Notes under the pieces: generated by a model
Database searches by the model: none
The model's input: only the letters and a program-made list of their open reading frames with translations
Told to the model about the DNA's origin: nothing
Made by a program: the position numbers and the translations under genes
Part shown: positions 1-11,575 of the stretch, piece after piece
How positions within the stretch are numbered: position 1 is the first letter of the stretch
Layout of the letters: every line of letters begins with the position of its first letter
From: an uncultured virus (IMG/VR IMGVR_UViG_3300048609_000030)
Lineage: Duplodnaviria; Heunggongvirae; Uroviricota; Caudoviricetes
DNA: 64,000 nucleotides
Virus record (IMG/VR): IMGVR_UViG_3300048609_000030
Reading direction: 5' to 3' (one strand)

Positions 1-57
1 CTCGTCCTTGGCCTTGTAGCCGCCCTCAGCGAGTGCGGCTACAAGGCCAAGGACGAG
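1..57. repeat. Perfect 23-bp inverted repeat at the window start
   Basis: CTCGTCCTTGGCCTTGTAGCCGC (1-23) is the exact reverse complement of 35-57. Confidence 0.95.
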
Positions 58-79
58 TAACGCAGCTGCCTGAGAAGAC

Positions 80-433
80 ATGCGTCGCACGTTTCCTACA
101 CAACCGGAGCACATCCATCTTGTAGGAATGGAAGGCTTAAACCGTATACGCTTCTTGGCGGTTATCAAACACGGACGCGGCACGCAAGAAGTCGCAGTCG
201 ATGTACCGCCTGACCTAATCCTCAAGATTGCTGATGCGTTACGCGCGACTGCTGGATACGCTTGCGACGCGCGCAATTGTAGGATCGCAGACGCGCGTGA
301 GGGTGTGCCAAACATCGGGCATGCAATCTGGCATGTAAAACACCCAGACAGGCCGATGCCATGTGTCGATCCTAGCAACATCATCGACATGAACACACTT
401 CTGGCCGGAGAAGAAGACGGAGAAACCACGTGA
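80..433 (+). CDS. Hypothetical protein
   Basis: 117-aa ORF; stop overlaps the next start (GTGA). Confidence 0.55.
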   Translation: MRRTFPTQPEHIHLVGMEGLNRIRFLAVIKHGRGTQEVAVDVPPDLILKIADALRATAGYACDARNCRIADAREGVPNIGHAIWHVKHPDRPMPCVDPSNIIDMNTLLAGEEDGETT

Positions 434-753
434 ATGGCCGCACTGAGCTGCTCGACTGTTTCATCGTCGATTTCAAAGCTGACGGTTGCTGGCAAACCTA
501 CGGGCATGTCAATGCTGCCACCGCTGAAGATGCTGTACACATCGTACTTGCTGCCCTTCAACGATTGAAAGTGGCAACAACAGAATGTGTCGCGGCGCTT
601 CCCAAACAGTATGATGTGACAGCAACACAACACTTTTCCGTCGAGGCGACCTCGGCTGAAGCTGCTACGGACCAAGTAAAAGGTACACGAATCTCTGACG
701 CAGCAAAGATCACTGCTAGGCTGCACAACGTAATATCATCGAAGGGGAAGTAG
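430..753 (+). CDS. Hypothetical protein
   Basis: 107-aa ORF coupled to both neighbours; internal repeat V(N/E)AxxAExA. Confidence 0.55.
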   Translation: MNGRTELLDCFIVDFKADGCWQTYGHVNAATAEDAVHIVLAALQRLKVATTECVAALPKQYDVTATQHFSVEATSAEAATDQVKGTRISDAAKITARLHNVISSKGK

Positions 754-1051
754 ATGGATTCTACAAAGTTCATGCACATGCGTCTAGGGGCCGGCCACGT
801 GACCTTGGCCATCCGTGCTGTGCCCGAGATGAAAGGTGACTACGTGGTCGGGGCTGCCCCCGAAGGACTAGTTCTCGAAGAAGAAGGGACGGCTAATCGC
901 AGAGGGACGGCTCACGGTCGGGAAGATCTTTTGCCGTGTGAATCTCGTGGAGGGTAAACGGCTGAAAGCCACTGTGCGAGAAGTATTTCTCTACATACTC
1001 GGCAACCACCTTAATCTCGGTCTGCCCTCTTGGACAGACGAGGAGAAGTAA
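754..1051 (+). pseudogene. Disrupted small phage gene
   Basis: After a frameshift near 860 the alternate frame reads PKD*FSKKKGRLIAEGRL..., resembling the phage motif CSPKDxFxKxxGRxIAxGR, with an in-frame TAG at 869-871; that frame ends at TAA 1049-1051. Confidence 0.5.
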
Positions 1052-1053
1052 GC

Positions 1054-2109
1054 ATGGACCTCTTCAACCTGGAAGCGATGAATGCCGACACCGACTATGA
1101 GGATCACCTCGTTGTGAGGGTCGTCGACGAAGGTGTCGCATACTCAGTCTACATAGCCAACAATGTGGCTTTTGGACTACCTAAGTCCTACGGCGTCGCA
1201 CCGAAAACAGGCGACACCGTGCGCTTGTATCCCAGTGGAAGATTGGGTGGAGTCATTCGGGGAGTTGTCCTGAATGACAAGATCGTTTACTATCAGACCG
1301 CACAAAAAGCGCGTGCACAGGCGTTGCAAGAACGAGACGAAGCACGCGCTCACGACTACGCTGCCTACATCGCAAATCGTGCTACGTACGAGGCGCAGTT
1401 TGCCGCGTTGCCTGACATCTTCCAAGCACGCATCACAGGATTCCGTAACGCGAACCCAGAGTTCTGGCGGTTCGAGCCTTACGAGCTGTTTACGTGTGGC
1501 GAAGCCGTGAAAATCGCGGCTGTGGTTCAAGCTGACGAAATCTCCGCGTTCTACGAGCTACCCTTCGAGCGGCAACAGGAAATCGTGCCGGATCTCTCTG
1601 ATGGACACAGCGGAAATACGTTCGGTGCTGCGTGCTCGTTGGCTCGTATCTACCTGGAGCGGCCAGACATGATTCCTGCAGCACACGGCGCAACTCTGGT
1701 ACCAGCTCCGGTACGGGTCCGGTCGCTTGAGCAGATGCTCACGGTCATACGGCTATTGAGGGCGACTGGTCGTTATGTGACAGAGGAGCAGAGCCCAACG
1801 CGGGTTCTTGTCAAGAAAGGGAACCGGGGACCGCTACTCGAACCACAACCTGAAATCCACGCGCGGAGTGCATCCAAACCGCGAGCCCCTCGCGCAACCT
1901 CCATCGAGAGAATGCACAAGATCTTCTTGGCGATTGGTGCCATCAGCCTTTCCCTCACCCCCCTCTTGTTCTTCAGCCACTCGCTCGATGAGTCTAATAG
2001 TGGTGTGATCACCGTCTGCATCAGTGCAATACTCGGTCTGACGATAAGCGTTGGTGCTGTTGGTGCTATCCTCACGGAGTTTCTTCGGCCGGTTTCACGT
2101 CAGGACTGA
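1054..2109 (+). CDS. Hypothetical protein with two C-terminal TM segments (possibly a fused ORF)
   Basis: GAGGAG RBS upstream of ATG 1054; hydrophobic C-terminus. Confidence 0.6.
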   Translation: MDLFNLEAMNADTDYEDHLVVRVVDEGVAYSVYIANNVAFGLPKSYGVAPKTGDTVRLYPSGRLGGVIRGVVLNDKIVYYQTAQKARAQALQERDEARAHDYAAYIANRATYEAQFAALPDIFQARITGFRNANPEFWRFEPYELFTCGEAVKIAAVVQADEISAFYELPFERQQEIVPDLSDGHSGNTFGAACSLARIYLERPDMIPAAHGATLVPAPVRVRSLEQMLTVIRLLRATGRYVTEEQSPTRVLVKKGNRGPLLEPQPEIHARSASKPRAPRATSIERMHKIFLAIGAISLSLTPLLFFSHSLDESNSGVITVCISAILGLTISVGAVGAILTEFLRPVSRQD

Positions 2110-2115
2110 CGTCTG

Positions 2116-2514
2116 ATGCGATTTGCGCGCATTGTGTTTCTGCTTGTTGCCTTCAATCTGGCGCTCATCACGATCTCCACAATCACCTTCAAGCTCGTCG
2201 CGAATCGAACACATACCGAATGTGACGAAGTAGATGCTGCTCGTCAGTGCGAATCTGAGGCGTCCTGGACCAAGGCGGCCTACTTCTCTGTACAGACCAT
2301 CACCACCGTTGGCTACGGAGCTAGCCTCGAACTCCGCGCCTGTAGTATCCGAATCGTCGCAATTGTATTCATGCTTCTTGGAACACTCGCCTTCTCCATC
2401 ACAATTGCTGTCTTGGCGAGCTTCGTCGTACGACAAACACAAGCTGGAATGGTGGGTGATCTCCCACCGCAGATTCTCGCGCGGAACCGGCGCGACGGGT
2501 CCGACATCGGGTAG
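2116..2514 (+). CDS. Minimal 2TM potassium channel (Ion_trans_2/KcsA-like pore)
   Basis: TM - pore helix AAYFSVQTITTVGYG (TxTTVGYG filter) - TM; 132 aa. Confidence 0.88.
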   Translation: MRFARIVFLLVAFNLALITISTITFKLVANRTHTECDEVDAARQCESEASWTKAAYFSVQTITTVGYGASLELRACSIRIVAIVFMLLGTLAFSITIAVLASFVVRQTQAGMVGDLPPQILARNRRDGSDIG

Positions 2515-3534
2515 CACGAAGTGCAAGACGCGCGTGCTGTTTGTTTGGGCGCAAGAAGACAACCGCGGTGCCCAGACATGTCGTGACGATGAGGAACCCG
2601 CCAGCGGGGTAGCTGTCTCATGAGTACCAGTGCAATGCGCAACGTCGCGGCCTTCATTTGGGTGGAGACGAGGAATGCGCCACAGGAATGGCAAGACTGC
2701 GCGCTGTGCCCATTGGTCGGCTGTGATAAATACGGTTGTATGGCTGCACGCGTGTGATCGGACGTAGAAACAACAAGAATCGACTCCGCGAGGAAAAAGC
2801 GATGGAGAAAACACTCATACTGACGACACCTTTCTGTTCGCTACACAGCGAGGTTGTCGGTTTGGTGTTCGCAGATCCAATTCTATACAAAAACCGTGTT
2901 GGGGAGACGTCTCCGTCTTACCCAACTACTCCCTACAAAACGGTGTTGGATGCTCAACGCGATGGGTGGCGCCTGATCGGGCCTCCATCAGAAAGCAAAG
3001 AGACAATCAACGACTTCAGGGTATCTCGCTACACCTGGTACCTCACGAAGTTGTAACAACAACGATGACCACTCGTGAATGTGAGCAATTGGTGGACTTG
3101 GTCAACCGCCTCGAAGCACTGCCCGACGATCAGTACACTGACGAGGCGGAGCGTGCACTCATTGACGCTTGCAAGAGGCTAGGGCTGTTCGAGGAGATCT
3201 GCTGTGAGACACGTTCTACAGGTCTTGGGTTGTCGCACTGTCACGCCGTGTAGCTCAGAGCCTGGACACTGGCTTTGGCTAGACGCCTTTGGTTGGCACG
3301 ATTGTATGCCGAACGAGGATGCAGCTCTCAACGCGAGTAGTTATGAGTGATCTTGTAATCAGCATTGCTGAGACAGTTTTTCGACAGTTTGAACAAGGCA
3401 ATTGAACAAGGCAAACTGTCACGCGAAAAGCTGATCAAGTTACTCGAACAATGTGTCAACACACGGGCTGTGGAAAACGGTTACGCCGACCGCTATGGAT
3501 TGCCGTTTCCGCGTAAAGATTGCGAGCAAAAGCC

Positions 3535-3924
3535 ATGAAGGAGCTGGACGACTACTTCGATCTGCAGAAGCGCATCTTCGACTACTTTGGGTACGTCGAA
3601 GATTGGCGCGTCATGCCGCTCCATGACTGCCGAGATTGCTACTGGTGTCTACGCGGAGGAGATCCCGAAACAGGTGGTGGCGGGTGCTCAGTTGTGTATT
3701 CTCCCGCGCACCTTGCAGAGATGACCGACGACAACCACTACGAGAGCGAGGTCTATACCCAGCGACATCTGCCCAAATGGGTCTATCGAGGCGCAGAGTA
3801 CACCATGATCGTAACGGATCCTCAGACCGACATGAACATTTTCTTGTCGGTGTTCAGTAATGACAAGGAAGAGAAGGATCCAGAAGATCAACTCGATGAT
3901 GACGTACTCGATGATGACGTATGA
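3535..3924 (+). CDS. Hypothetical phage protein with acidic C-terminus
   Basis: ORF with overlapping stop/start to the next gene. Confidence 0.65.
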   Translation: MKELDDYFDLQKRIFDYFGYVEDWRVMPLHDCRDCYWCLRGGDPETGGGGCSVVYSPAHLAEMTDDNHYESEVYTQRHLPKWVYRGAEYTMIVTDPQTDMNIFLSVFSNDKEEKDPEDQLDDDVLDDDV

Positions 3925-4265
3925 ACGGGTGCGAGGTTACGACGGTATGGGGGCAGCGAGGCAGGGTAGTCGAGTGGACTCCGCTTTCCGCTGGTATGTG
4001 CGATGTGCTGATCGAAGTCGACGGTCACCACATCGCCGTGGCCAGCTCCGATCTGCGCCCGCTCGAAGGCGAATCACCACTTCCATCTCGACGAGAAGCG
4101 ATTGCAAAATCGAACGCAATCGCTCTGTGGTCGCTCAGAGCGATACGCGACCAACTCGTATCCGACTGGAACAAGCCCTGGCCTGGTGCTGAACACGGCA
4201 AGGCACTCGTGGGGATGTCCATTGATGGTGCAATAGCGGAACTGGAAGAGAAGACCAATACGTAA
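3921..4265 (+). CDS. Hypothetical protein
   Basis: 114-aa ORF, ATGA overlap. Confidence 0.55.
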   Translation: MNGCEVTTVWGQRGRVVEWTPLSAGMCDVLIEVDGHHIAVASSDLRPLEGESPLPSRREAIAKSNAIALWSLRAIRDQLVSDWNKPWPGAEHGKALVGMSIDGAIAELEEKTNT

Positions 4266-4432
4266 AGTCATCCTTTTGTTTGTGGTGTCCATCGCCCTCG
4301 TCATCAGCACGATTCCAACGTAGTTTTTCGCGGGGTGGGAGAGCACGTCACGTTAGTCAGTCGATGAGTAGCCGCAAGAAAACACAAGAAAACGGCACAT
4401 CTGTTCTGCGAGTGCTGAGAAATGTTCAGTTG

Positions 4433-5044
4433 ATGAGTAGCCGCAAGAAAACAGCACGTCGCACGCAGCGACGTACCAGAAAGACAGCCCGACAATGGGG
4501 CCGTATAGAAAAACGGCTCAAGAAGGCTGGGTATCAGTGCGTTGAGTACGTGTTAGCGCAACAAATGACAGAGGCTGGACTACCTGTTCGTTCGATTGTG
4601 ACGCGCGAAGAGCCGATACATCGCCTGTACTACGCGCCACCATGGTGTAACCGGTTGTTTGATCTTGCATGTCAAGCGGGGTGGCATGCACCACAGACTC
4701 CACTACACATACAGGTACCACCATCTGCGCGGGGACTAACATATAAGCAGCAGCAGGTGATACGACAACTGATAAAGACAGCAAGATGTGCCCCTGCTGT
4801 GGCTGAAGCTACCCTAATAGTACATGTGGCTCGTTACGCAGGCGCTTCGGGGACGGCCGCGGAAATCGCAGTTCAACGGCTCAAACGAGACACAACATTC
4901 CGAAACGCGCTTTGCGCGCTTGGCGCCCTCAAAGATGTAGCCCAAATGGCTAAATGCTTTGTTGAAGGGCAATGCGGCAGGCTACCTAAGTTGCCGTCGA
5001 ATGAGCATTACATAACGTCCATCGAAGAAGCGCTAGAGGCATAA
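4433..5044 (+). CDS. Hypothetical basic protein (start uncertain, 4364 or 4433)
   Basis: ORF with duplicated MSSRKKT start; TAATG overlap with next gene. Confidence 0.55.
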   Translation: MSSRKKTARRTQRRTRKTARQWGRIEKRLKKAGYQCVEYVLAQQMTEAGLPVRSIVTREEPIHRLYYAPPWCNRLFDLACQAGWHAPQTPLHIQVPPSARGLTYKQQQVIRQLIKTARCAPAVAEATLIVHVARYAGASGTAAEIAVQRLKRDTTFRNALCALGALKDVAQMAKCFVEGQCGRLPKLPSNEHYITSIEEALEA

Positions 5045-6246
5045 TGAAACGCATCTTGATTACCGCTGGCAGCGTCTACGCGAAGTTGGATGATAATAAG
5101 ATCGTCTCCAATCGCGCGCGTGGAACGTGGGCCATCGAGTTCGCAAAGTGGTTGGTTGGTTGGACCAAGCTGTACGCGCCGATACTACTGATACCAGACA
5201 CAGCCGAACACGAAACGCGTGCTCGGATTGCCGAGTACTCCTACCGAATTGACCTGTGTACCCACACAGGCTACGACGATTATCGTAACCAGTGTACCCA
5301 GCTGGCATCGGTAGTAGACGCGGCGATCATGGCGGCAGCTGTCACCAACTGGATTCCCGAGAAGCCGTTTGCAGGTAAGATGCCGACCGACACGGATCGG
5401 CAGCTCATTCCGTTCATTCTTGCTCCACGCGTCATCAACGAGATGAAGGCGCTCAACCCAAAGCTCACACTCGTTGGCTGCAAGCTTCTCTTCAACGGTG
5501 ATGAGGCGGCATTGGTGGATGCCGCGTACCATGTCGTTTTAGCAGCAAAATGTAATGCCGTAGTCGCTAACGACGCGAAGCTCGGCCTGCGGTCGAAGTA
5601 CGTTGTTCATCAAGACCGTGCAGTAACCACCTTCGAGAACGACTTCAAAGGGCTCTACGAGCACCTACGACTGATCATTGACGACGTTCACTATCAGACC
5701 GTGGTCGACAAGGCTGCAACGCCTTGCTTCGATGCTGGCATCGACATGTACGAGCCGATCGTCCGGCAGCACCGTCTCTTTGACCATCTTACCGACACAT
5801 ATCGAAGTGCTTTTGTCTCACGGCAAGACGGTGTTGACCGTGTATTGGGCGCGGTTGCTGTCAGACTACCCAACAACATCGGCTACCTCGTCTCTCCACG
5901 TGAGAAGGGTCAGAGGTTCTCTTCTCAGAACGCTGTGATCGTTACCAAAGTCAAAGATCGGATCGTCTACACAAGCGGTGGCAAGGCGTCACTCAACGCG
6001 CCTTTGCTGATTCGACACCTTGACGCGTACCCAAACGCCCGAGGTGTCGTTCATTACCACGGCGATTGGGACGGCTGGAAACAGGCGCTAGGCATTCCTG
6101 GCCTCGACGACACTGTGTATCCCGTTGTGACCTACGCACCGCCTGGAACCGCACGCGACAACGAACGAACTATCCCAGGCTCCAGCTACAAGATCCAAGG
6201 ACACGGCTGGATCATCGCTGTTGACATAGACGGCAGGCCTTTATGA
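5044..6246 (+). CDS. CoaB/DFP-like ligase domain fused to a class II aldolase/adducin-like domain
   Basis: N-terminal ILITAG..LDD.K.VSN..RG, AAIMAAAV, LVGCKL, VVAND match CoaB motifs; C-terminal GAVAVR..YLVSPR..GVVHYH..PPGT..GHG is aldolase-II-like. Confidence 0.75.
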   Translation: MKRILITAGSVYAKLDDNKIVSNRARGTWAIEFAKWLVGWTKLYAPILLIPDTAEHETRARIAEYSYRIDLCTHTGYDDYRNQCTQLASVVDAAIMAAAVTNWIPEKPFAGKMPTDTDRQLIPFILAPRVINEMKALNPKLTLVGCKLLFNGDEAALVDAAYHVVLAAKCNAVVANDAKLGLRSKYVVHQDRAVTTFENDFKGLYEHLRLIIDDVHYQTVVDKAATPCFDAGIDMYEPIVRQHRLFDHLTDTYRSAFVSRQDGVDRVLGAVAVRLPNNIGYLVSPREKGQRFSSQNAVIVTKVKDRIVYTSGGKASLNAPLLIRHLDAYPNARGVVHYHGDWDGWKQALGIPGLDDTVYPVVTYAPPGTARDNERTIPGSSYKIQGHGWIIAVDIDGRPL

Positions 6247-6797
6247 ACGAACATCGAGCCGACGGGCATTGGGCGGAGGCTATTTCCGAAACTGAGAAGG
6301 CGCTTCTAGTCGTCATTGGAGATGAGAATTACTGGATACCAAAGTCGGCGATCCATGGCAACTCTGAGGTATTTCGTGTGGGCGACGAGGGCAGACTCGT
6401 GTTGCACTCTTGGTTCGCTGGTAAGCTGGCGCCTGTAGACGATCAACTGTCCATCACAACTGACGGACGGCTAGCACCTCCAATCGGCGAAGGCAAACCG
6501 ATTCGGCTGACACTCGAACAGCGCAAACAGTTTGATGCTGTTGCCGAGAAAGCACGTGATCAACTAGCCGCCAAAGGACTCAATCGTAGTGCGCCAGACG
6601 GGCGATGTTTGGAGATTGTTTGTACTACATTCATGGCCTCGTTAGAAGCGCCGAACTTGAAACAAGAGCTGTTGGAGCTGTCCCAACGCCTGCACAACCT
6701 GGAAGCAGCTATTGAGACAATGTTGGGCAAAGACGCTGTAGCACAGTGTTTAGAGGGATACAGCCAACGTTTGCAGCACAGTGCCGAAGATAGATAG
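6243..6797 (+). CDS. Hypothetical phage protein
   Basis: ETEKALLV..WIPKS motif common in small phage proteins; ATGA overlap. Confidence 0.65.
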   Translation: MNEHRADGHWAEAISETEKALLVVIGDENYWIPKSAIHGNSEVFRVGDEGRLVLHSWFAGKLAPVDDQLSITTDGRLAPPIGEGKPIRLTLEQRKQFDAVAEKARDQLAAKGLNRSAPDGRCLEIVCTTFMASLEAPNLKQELLELSQRLHNLEAAIETMLGKDAVAQCLEGYSQRLQHSAEDR

Positions 6798-7492
6798 GAG
6801 GATCTAATGCCAGGACCGCAAGAAGGACCGACTAGGAGGTGTGATTGCTTGGGGTGCCTGTACCTCAAGTCAATTTCCCAGGGGCAACTCAACTACCCTC
6901 CCATGACCGAGGGACCGTGGTGGGCGTGTAGCCACCCGAGCTTGAGGGAGAGGTGCGTTGGACTCAGAACAACCACTGAGACTCCCGGATATTGCCCCTA
7001 CCTCCTTACACATGAGGAACGCCTCGCCGAACCAGGGTTGCTGACGGCGGTAACAGTGACGGCGTTCAAGGAGGATTGAAGAGCGAGATGAGCGTCGAGA
7101 AAACGCACCTGGAAATTGCTGCGCATCATCTACGGCAAGCTTCTGCAGAGTTGTTACTTGCGTCTGAGGTGTTGACCGATGACACTACACGCGGGGAGCT
7201 GGTCGGGATCAGTGCAACGATCGAGAGCATTGAGTGGCTAGTCGGTCGTTATGCACAAGCTGCGGGATAGATTCAGACTGTATTGTTGAGGAGGATCAAT
7301 GATCAGGTTCAATGTTGAAGGCGTACCGTCTACCCTCGCTACACTACTTCATGCTTGGAAAGGACGTGTGGAAGTCGTTGATCGATTTGGTCCAGGAGAT
7401 GTCAACGTAGAAATGCTAAATGAATATGCTGATGCTTTCCTAGACGCTGTTGAGGATGCTGGGCTGACGCACGTGATGTTGTAGGATACAGA

Positions 7493-7990
7493 ATGTTGCT
7501 TTTGTTGTCGATCTTCTTGGGTTTGTTGTTGGTAACCACCGCTGTTGAACGGTTGATTGCTATAAATGCACAAGTACGACAGTTCAGGCAGTACAAGGTA
7601 CTAGTAGCAGAGGATATCAGGCTGAATAGCGAGGCTGTATCGATAACCCCACGGGTCACGGATGTAGGAAACCGCAGTGTTCGCGTGGCAGTCTCGTTTC
7701 GTAACCAGACGGGATATCCAATCGTTCTCTGTGGCTTGATGATTGACTATCTTGTTGTGAAGGGCTCGATGGGCAACCTAGAGAGCATCGCACTCGACAA
7801 TAAGGAGCACGTCCTGCCAGCGAACCACCGTGACCCGTTGATAGTTTCTGCCACGTACTCACTACCAACAGGTGTCGACGTCGATGTCACAACGGGGCTA
7901 CGTGTTTCTGCGACGATGACTCGCCACCGCCTCAAATGGACAGCACTTACCGAGGCGTTTACGCAACTTGAAGTAAAGAGTATCCGATGA
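7493..7990 (+). CDS. Hypothetical membrane-anchored protein
   Basis: N-terminal hydrophobic helix then beta-rich domain. Confidence 0.55.
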   Translation: MLLLLSIFLGLLLVTTAVERLIAINAQVRQFRQYKVLVAEDIRLNSEAVSITPRVTDVGNRSVRVAVSFRNQTGYPIVLCGLMIDYLVVKGSMGNLESIALDNKEHVLPANHRDPLIVSATYSLPTGVDVDVTTGLRVSATMTRHRLKWTALTEAFTQLEVKSIR

Positions 7991-8823
7991 AGAATGCTAC
8001 CAAGATGGGATTAGCATGGCTGATGGACAAAGGTCTGAGCCCAGCCGATACAGTTGCGGCAGTGACCTACATGCTTGACCAAATCAGCAAACCAACAATG
8101 ATAGCCTCGTCCCCCAGAAGCCACATACCCTTCAGCTGCACAACCAAGACGTACGATCTGCTCTACGCTCGTTGGTTGGAAGGTGCTGAGAAACTAGTTC
8201 ACATGGCTAGGGTCAAGGAAGGAGATTTAGTACTTGACCTTTGCGGCGGTAGCGGCGTCGTATCGGAAGCCGCACTTCAAGCTGGTGCAGCGGTTGTTCT
8301 GCTCGACCTGAACCCACGAGCACGTCTCAACGTTGCTGCTATCAAGCAGAAGCTGCACGCACGACCAAAGCTGGCTGTTGTCCGAGGCCGTGCTGAAGAC
8401 GCTGTAAAGCTGCTTCATCAACCTGCAGCACAGGCGTGGTTGGCGCAGTACGACAAAGCGGGCACGGGAACCTTCGATAAGGTGATCTGCCGGCAGGCCA
8501 TCGGCTATCTCGATACGGAGAAGACATTCGAGGCGGTTGCGCAACTTCTTCGACCAGGTGGGATGTTTGTCTTCAACAACTTTATCAAGCCGCGTTGGCG
8601 CCTCTCTACCTATCAACACAACGAATCACGTTTTCTGGAAGCGTCTGCCTGTTTGGGGACACGTGTAGCACACCTTCAAGCGCGTTGGCCTATTGGTGTT
8701 GACGTAACAACGTTCCGATGGCACCCGCAAGATGTGTTGCTGCGTCAGCTGCGTACAAACTTCGTAGTCGAGTTGCGCAAACACAACCGATCGGTGTATT
8801 ACATCTGCCATAAACCGTTATGA
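7987..8823 (+). CDS. Class I SAM-dependent methyltransferase
   Basis: VLDLCGGSG motif I, LLDL, GRAED, FDKVIC, LLRPGG. Confidence 0.85.
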   Translation: MKNATKMGLAWLMDKGLSPADTVAAVTYMLDQISKPTMIASSPRSHIPFSCTTKTYDLLYARWLEGAEKLVHMARVKEGDLVLDLCGGSGVVSEAALQAGAAVVLLDLNPRARLNVAAIKQKLHARPKLAVVRGRAEDAVKLLHQPAAQAWLAQYDKAGTGTFDKVICRQAIGYLDTEKTFEAVAQLLRPGGMFVFNNFIKPRWRLSTYQHNESRFLEASACLGTRVAHLQARWPIGVDVTTFRWHPQDVLLRQLRTNFVVELRKHNRSVYYICHKPL

Positions 8824-8910
8824 CTGATGATCATTGTTTGATGTTACGTGCTGGGCTTTTCGTGCTGATTGTTGTTGTCGCGATACTGTTCGCAGATAAG
8901 TTGTGATGAG

Positions 8911-9777
<867 letters not shown>

Positions 9778-9792
9778 TGACTAGGAGCGTGC

Positions 9793-10314
9793 GTGAAGTA
9801 TCTCAGTGACGCGCGGTACCGTATGGCTCTTGTGAGAATGCGTCATCGCATCGCAACCGGCCTCATATTGAGCTACGAGGACAGTGAAACAATCGGCGAA
9901 AAGGGTACAAAGTGCTCTTGGGGTATGTGCTCAGAAGACGTCGAGCAGTGGCCAGATGCAGGTGATCACCTGTTTCCGGTAGTCTTCATGGATCGTGGAC
10001 GCGTCTCTGTTGTACGTCGCGCAGATCAACCGTGTCCTCTAGAAATCGCTGCACTTAGCAAGCCTTCTGAGGGTTGCTTCTACCGTTGTCGAGTGTTTCA
10101 ACAACATCTCGGTGCTTTGCCAACACGAGACGCCGCCTTACGACTCTACAACAGTCGTATTCAGGCTGTTGGTGATCACCTTGAAGTTTGTGGCTGCGAC
10201 AATGTTGGTGAGATAGTCGATCCTGTAGGTGGCAAGAAGAAGTTGCCTTGTCCTACGTGTCGCCGCGAAGACTATTCTGTGTGGCGGTTGTCTTATAAAA
10301 GAGAATGGACATGA
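9793..10314 (+). CDS. Cys-rich hypothetical protein
   Basis: AGGAG RBS, GTG start, CSWGMC/GCFYRC/CPTC. Confidence 0.6.
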   Translation: MKYLSDARYRMALVRMRHRIATGLILSYEDSETIGEKGTKCSWGMCSEDVEQWPDAGDHLFPVVFMDRGRVSVVRRADQPCPLEIAALSKPSEGCFYRCRVFQQHLGALPTRDAALRLYNSRIQAVGDHLEVCGCDNVGEIVDPVGGKKKLPCPTCRREDYSVWRLSYKREWT

Positions 10315-11075
10315 CCAAAGAACTACCACCGTGGCGACCTTCAACACTGGCAAAGATGACAATACCAGAGCTTCTACGCCTCAAACGAGCGTTAGAAGGC
10401 AGCGAAGGCTTGCTCGTCGACGGAGCGATCTACAAGTGTGTCGTCGACGTTCTTTGGGACCGCGCTGCAACCTCTGTGTCAAAGTGGCCAGTTACAAAAC
10501 ATGAGATGGGATACAACCTCATCAGCTTCTGCATAGACGCTGTGAAGTGGACTTGCCCAAAGTGTAAACAGGATAACTGGTTCGACCCGTGTCATTGTGG
10601 GCACCCAAGAGGCTATCCATTACTCGGACCTGACGATCCTTGGCATCAACCTGTACGCCGATTACGCCCTCGCAGCCGTGTTGCATCATCGCAAACACTT
10701 GGTGATTTTGCGGGTGATTGGGGTGCAGAATGGTATGAATGCTCTTGTGGAAACCGAGACGGTGATGCTTTCGGCAAGAGTCACGCAATCGGTCGTCAAT
10801 GGCGAGCTGAAAACGAACCTGGCGCCTGGCTGCGAAGCAATTGGCGTATAGCCAAAAAGCTCCACTTGCGAGACGCAAACAACAAGCCGTTCAATCCAAA
10901 GAAGCCTGTCTGGCTGATTTGCAGATACGCCGATGGGCTAGACGATCGTGAACACGCTCTCAACAGAGTGTATGCAGGAAGCGCGTCAAGTCGTGCTGAG
11001 TTTCACTGTATTTGTGGTAGCTCAACATGTGATGACAAGGCCAAACAAATTCCTGTTGACGACGATGAAATATGA
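10311..11075 (+). CDS. Cys-rich hypothetical protein (Zn-binding)
   Basis: CPKC, CHCG, CSCG, CICG motifs. Confidence 0.6.
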   Translation: MTKELPPWRPSTLAKMTIPELLRLKRALEGSEGLLVDGAIYKCVVDVLWDRAATSVSKWPVTKHEMGYNLISFCIDAVKWTCPKCKQDNWFDPCHCGHPRGYPLLGPDDPWHQPVRRLRPRSRVASSQTLGDFAGDWGAEWYECSCGNRDGDAFGKSHAIGRQWRAENEPGAWLRSNWRIAKKLHLRDANNKPFNPKKPVWLICRYADGLDDREHALNRVYAGSASSRAEFHCICGSSTCDDKAKQIPVDDDEI

Positions 11076-11575
11076 TACTGCTGATGTGGCCAGCAACTCA
11101 AGCTGACCAAGCAAGTCAGGAGATGAAGACTATGACCAACAGAGAATTCGCTGCGACCATCGAGGCCATCAAGGTTGAGCCGGACGAGGAGAAGCGCCAC
11201 TCGCTGCTAGGTGGATTGGTTGATGACTTTGGGTACATCGAGGCGTTGGTATGTGCCTTCCCCAAGAACGAGCTGAAAGCCTTGAAGGTTGAGGGCGAGT
11301 TGGTGCTCTGGAAGAGTAACTGGTGGAAACAGGTGGTGAAGCGGTGACTAACGAGAGCAAGCGTACTAGGGCTTGTAGAGCTTTCCTGGAAGGGTTAATG
11401 AGCGGTGCATCGTTCAACTATACAGCTGCACCAATACGGCTTCCTCGAATGCCTAAACTGGTCGTCACCAAACGCGCGCCTGACTATTTTCAGGTGGTCG
11501 GCGACGAGTTGCGAATTGCGTTAGCGGCAGTTGCAAAACAGCATCCCAAACGATAGTGTAATACGGAGCTGACGA

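Noticed and set aside
869..871. In-frame TAG at a likely Gln position, hinting at TAG recoding
   Set aside because: Many genes end at TAG right before the next start, long genes have no internal TAG, and this gene also has a frameshift
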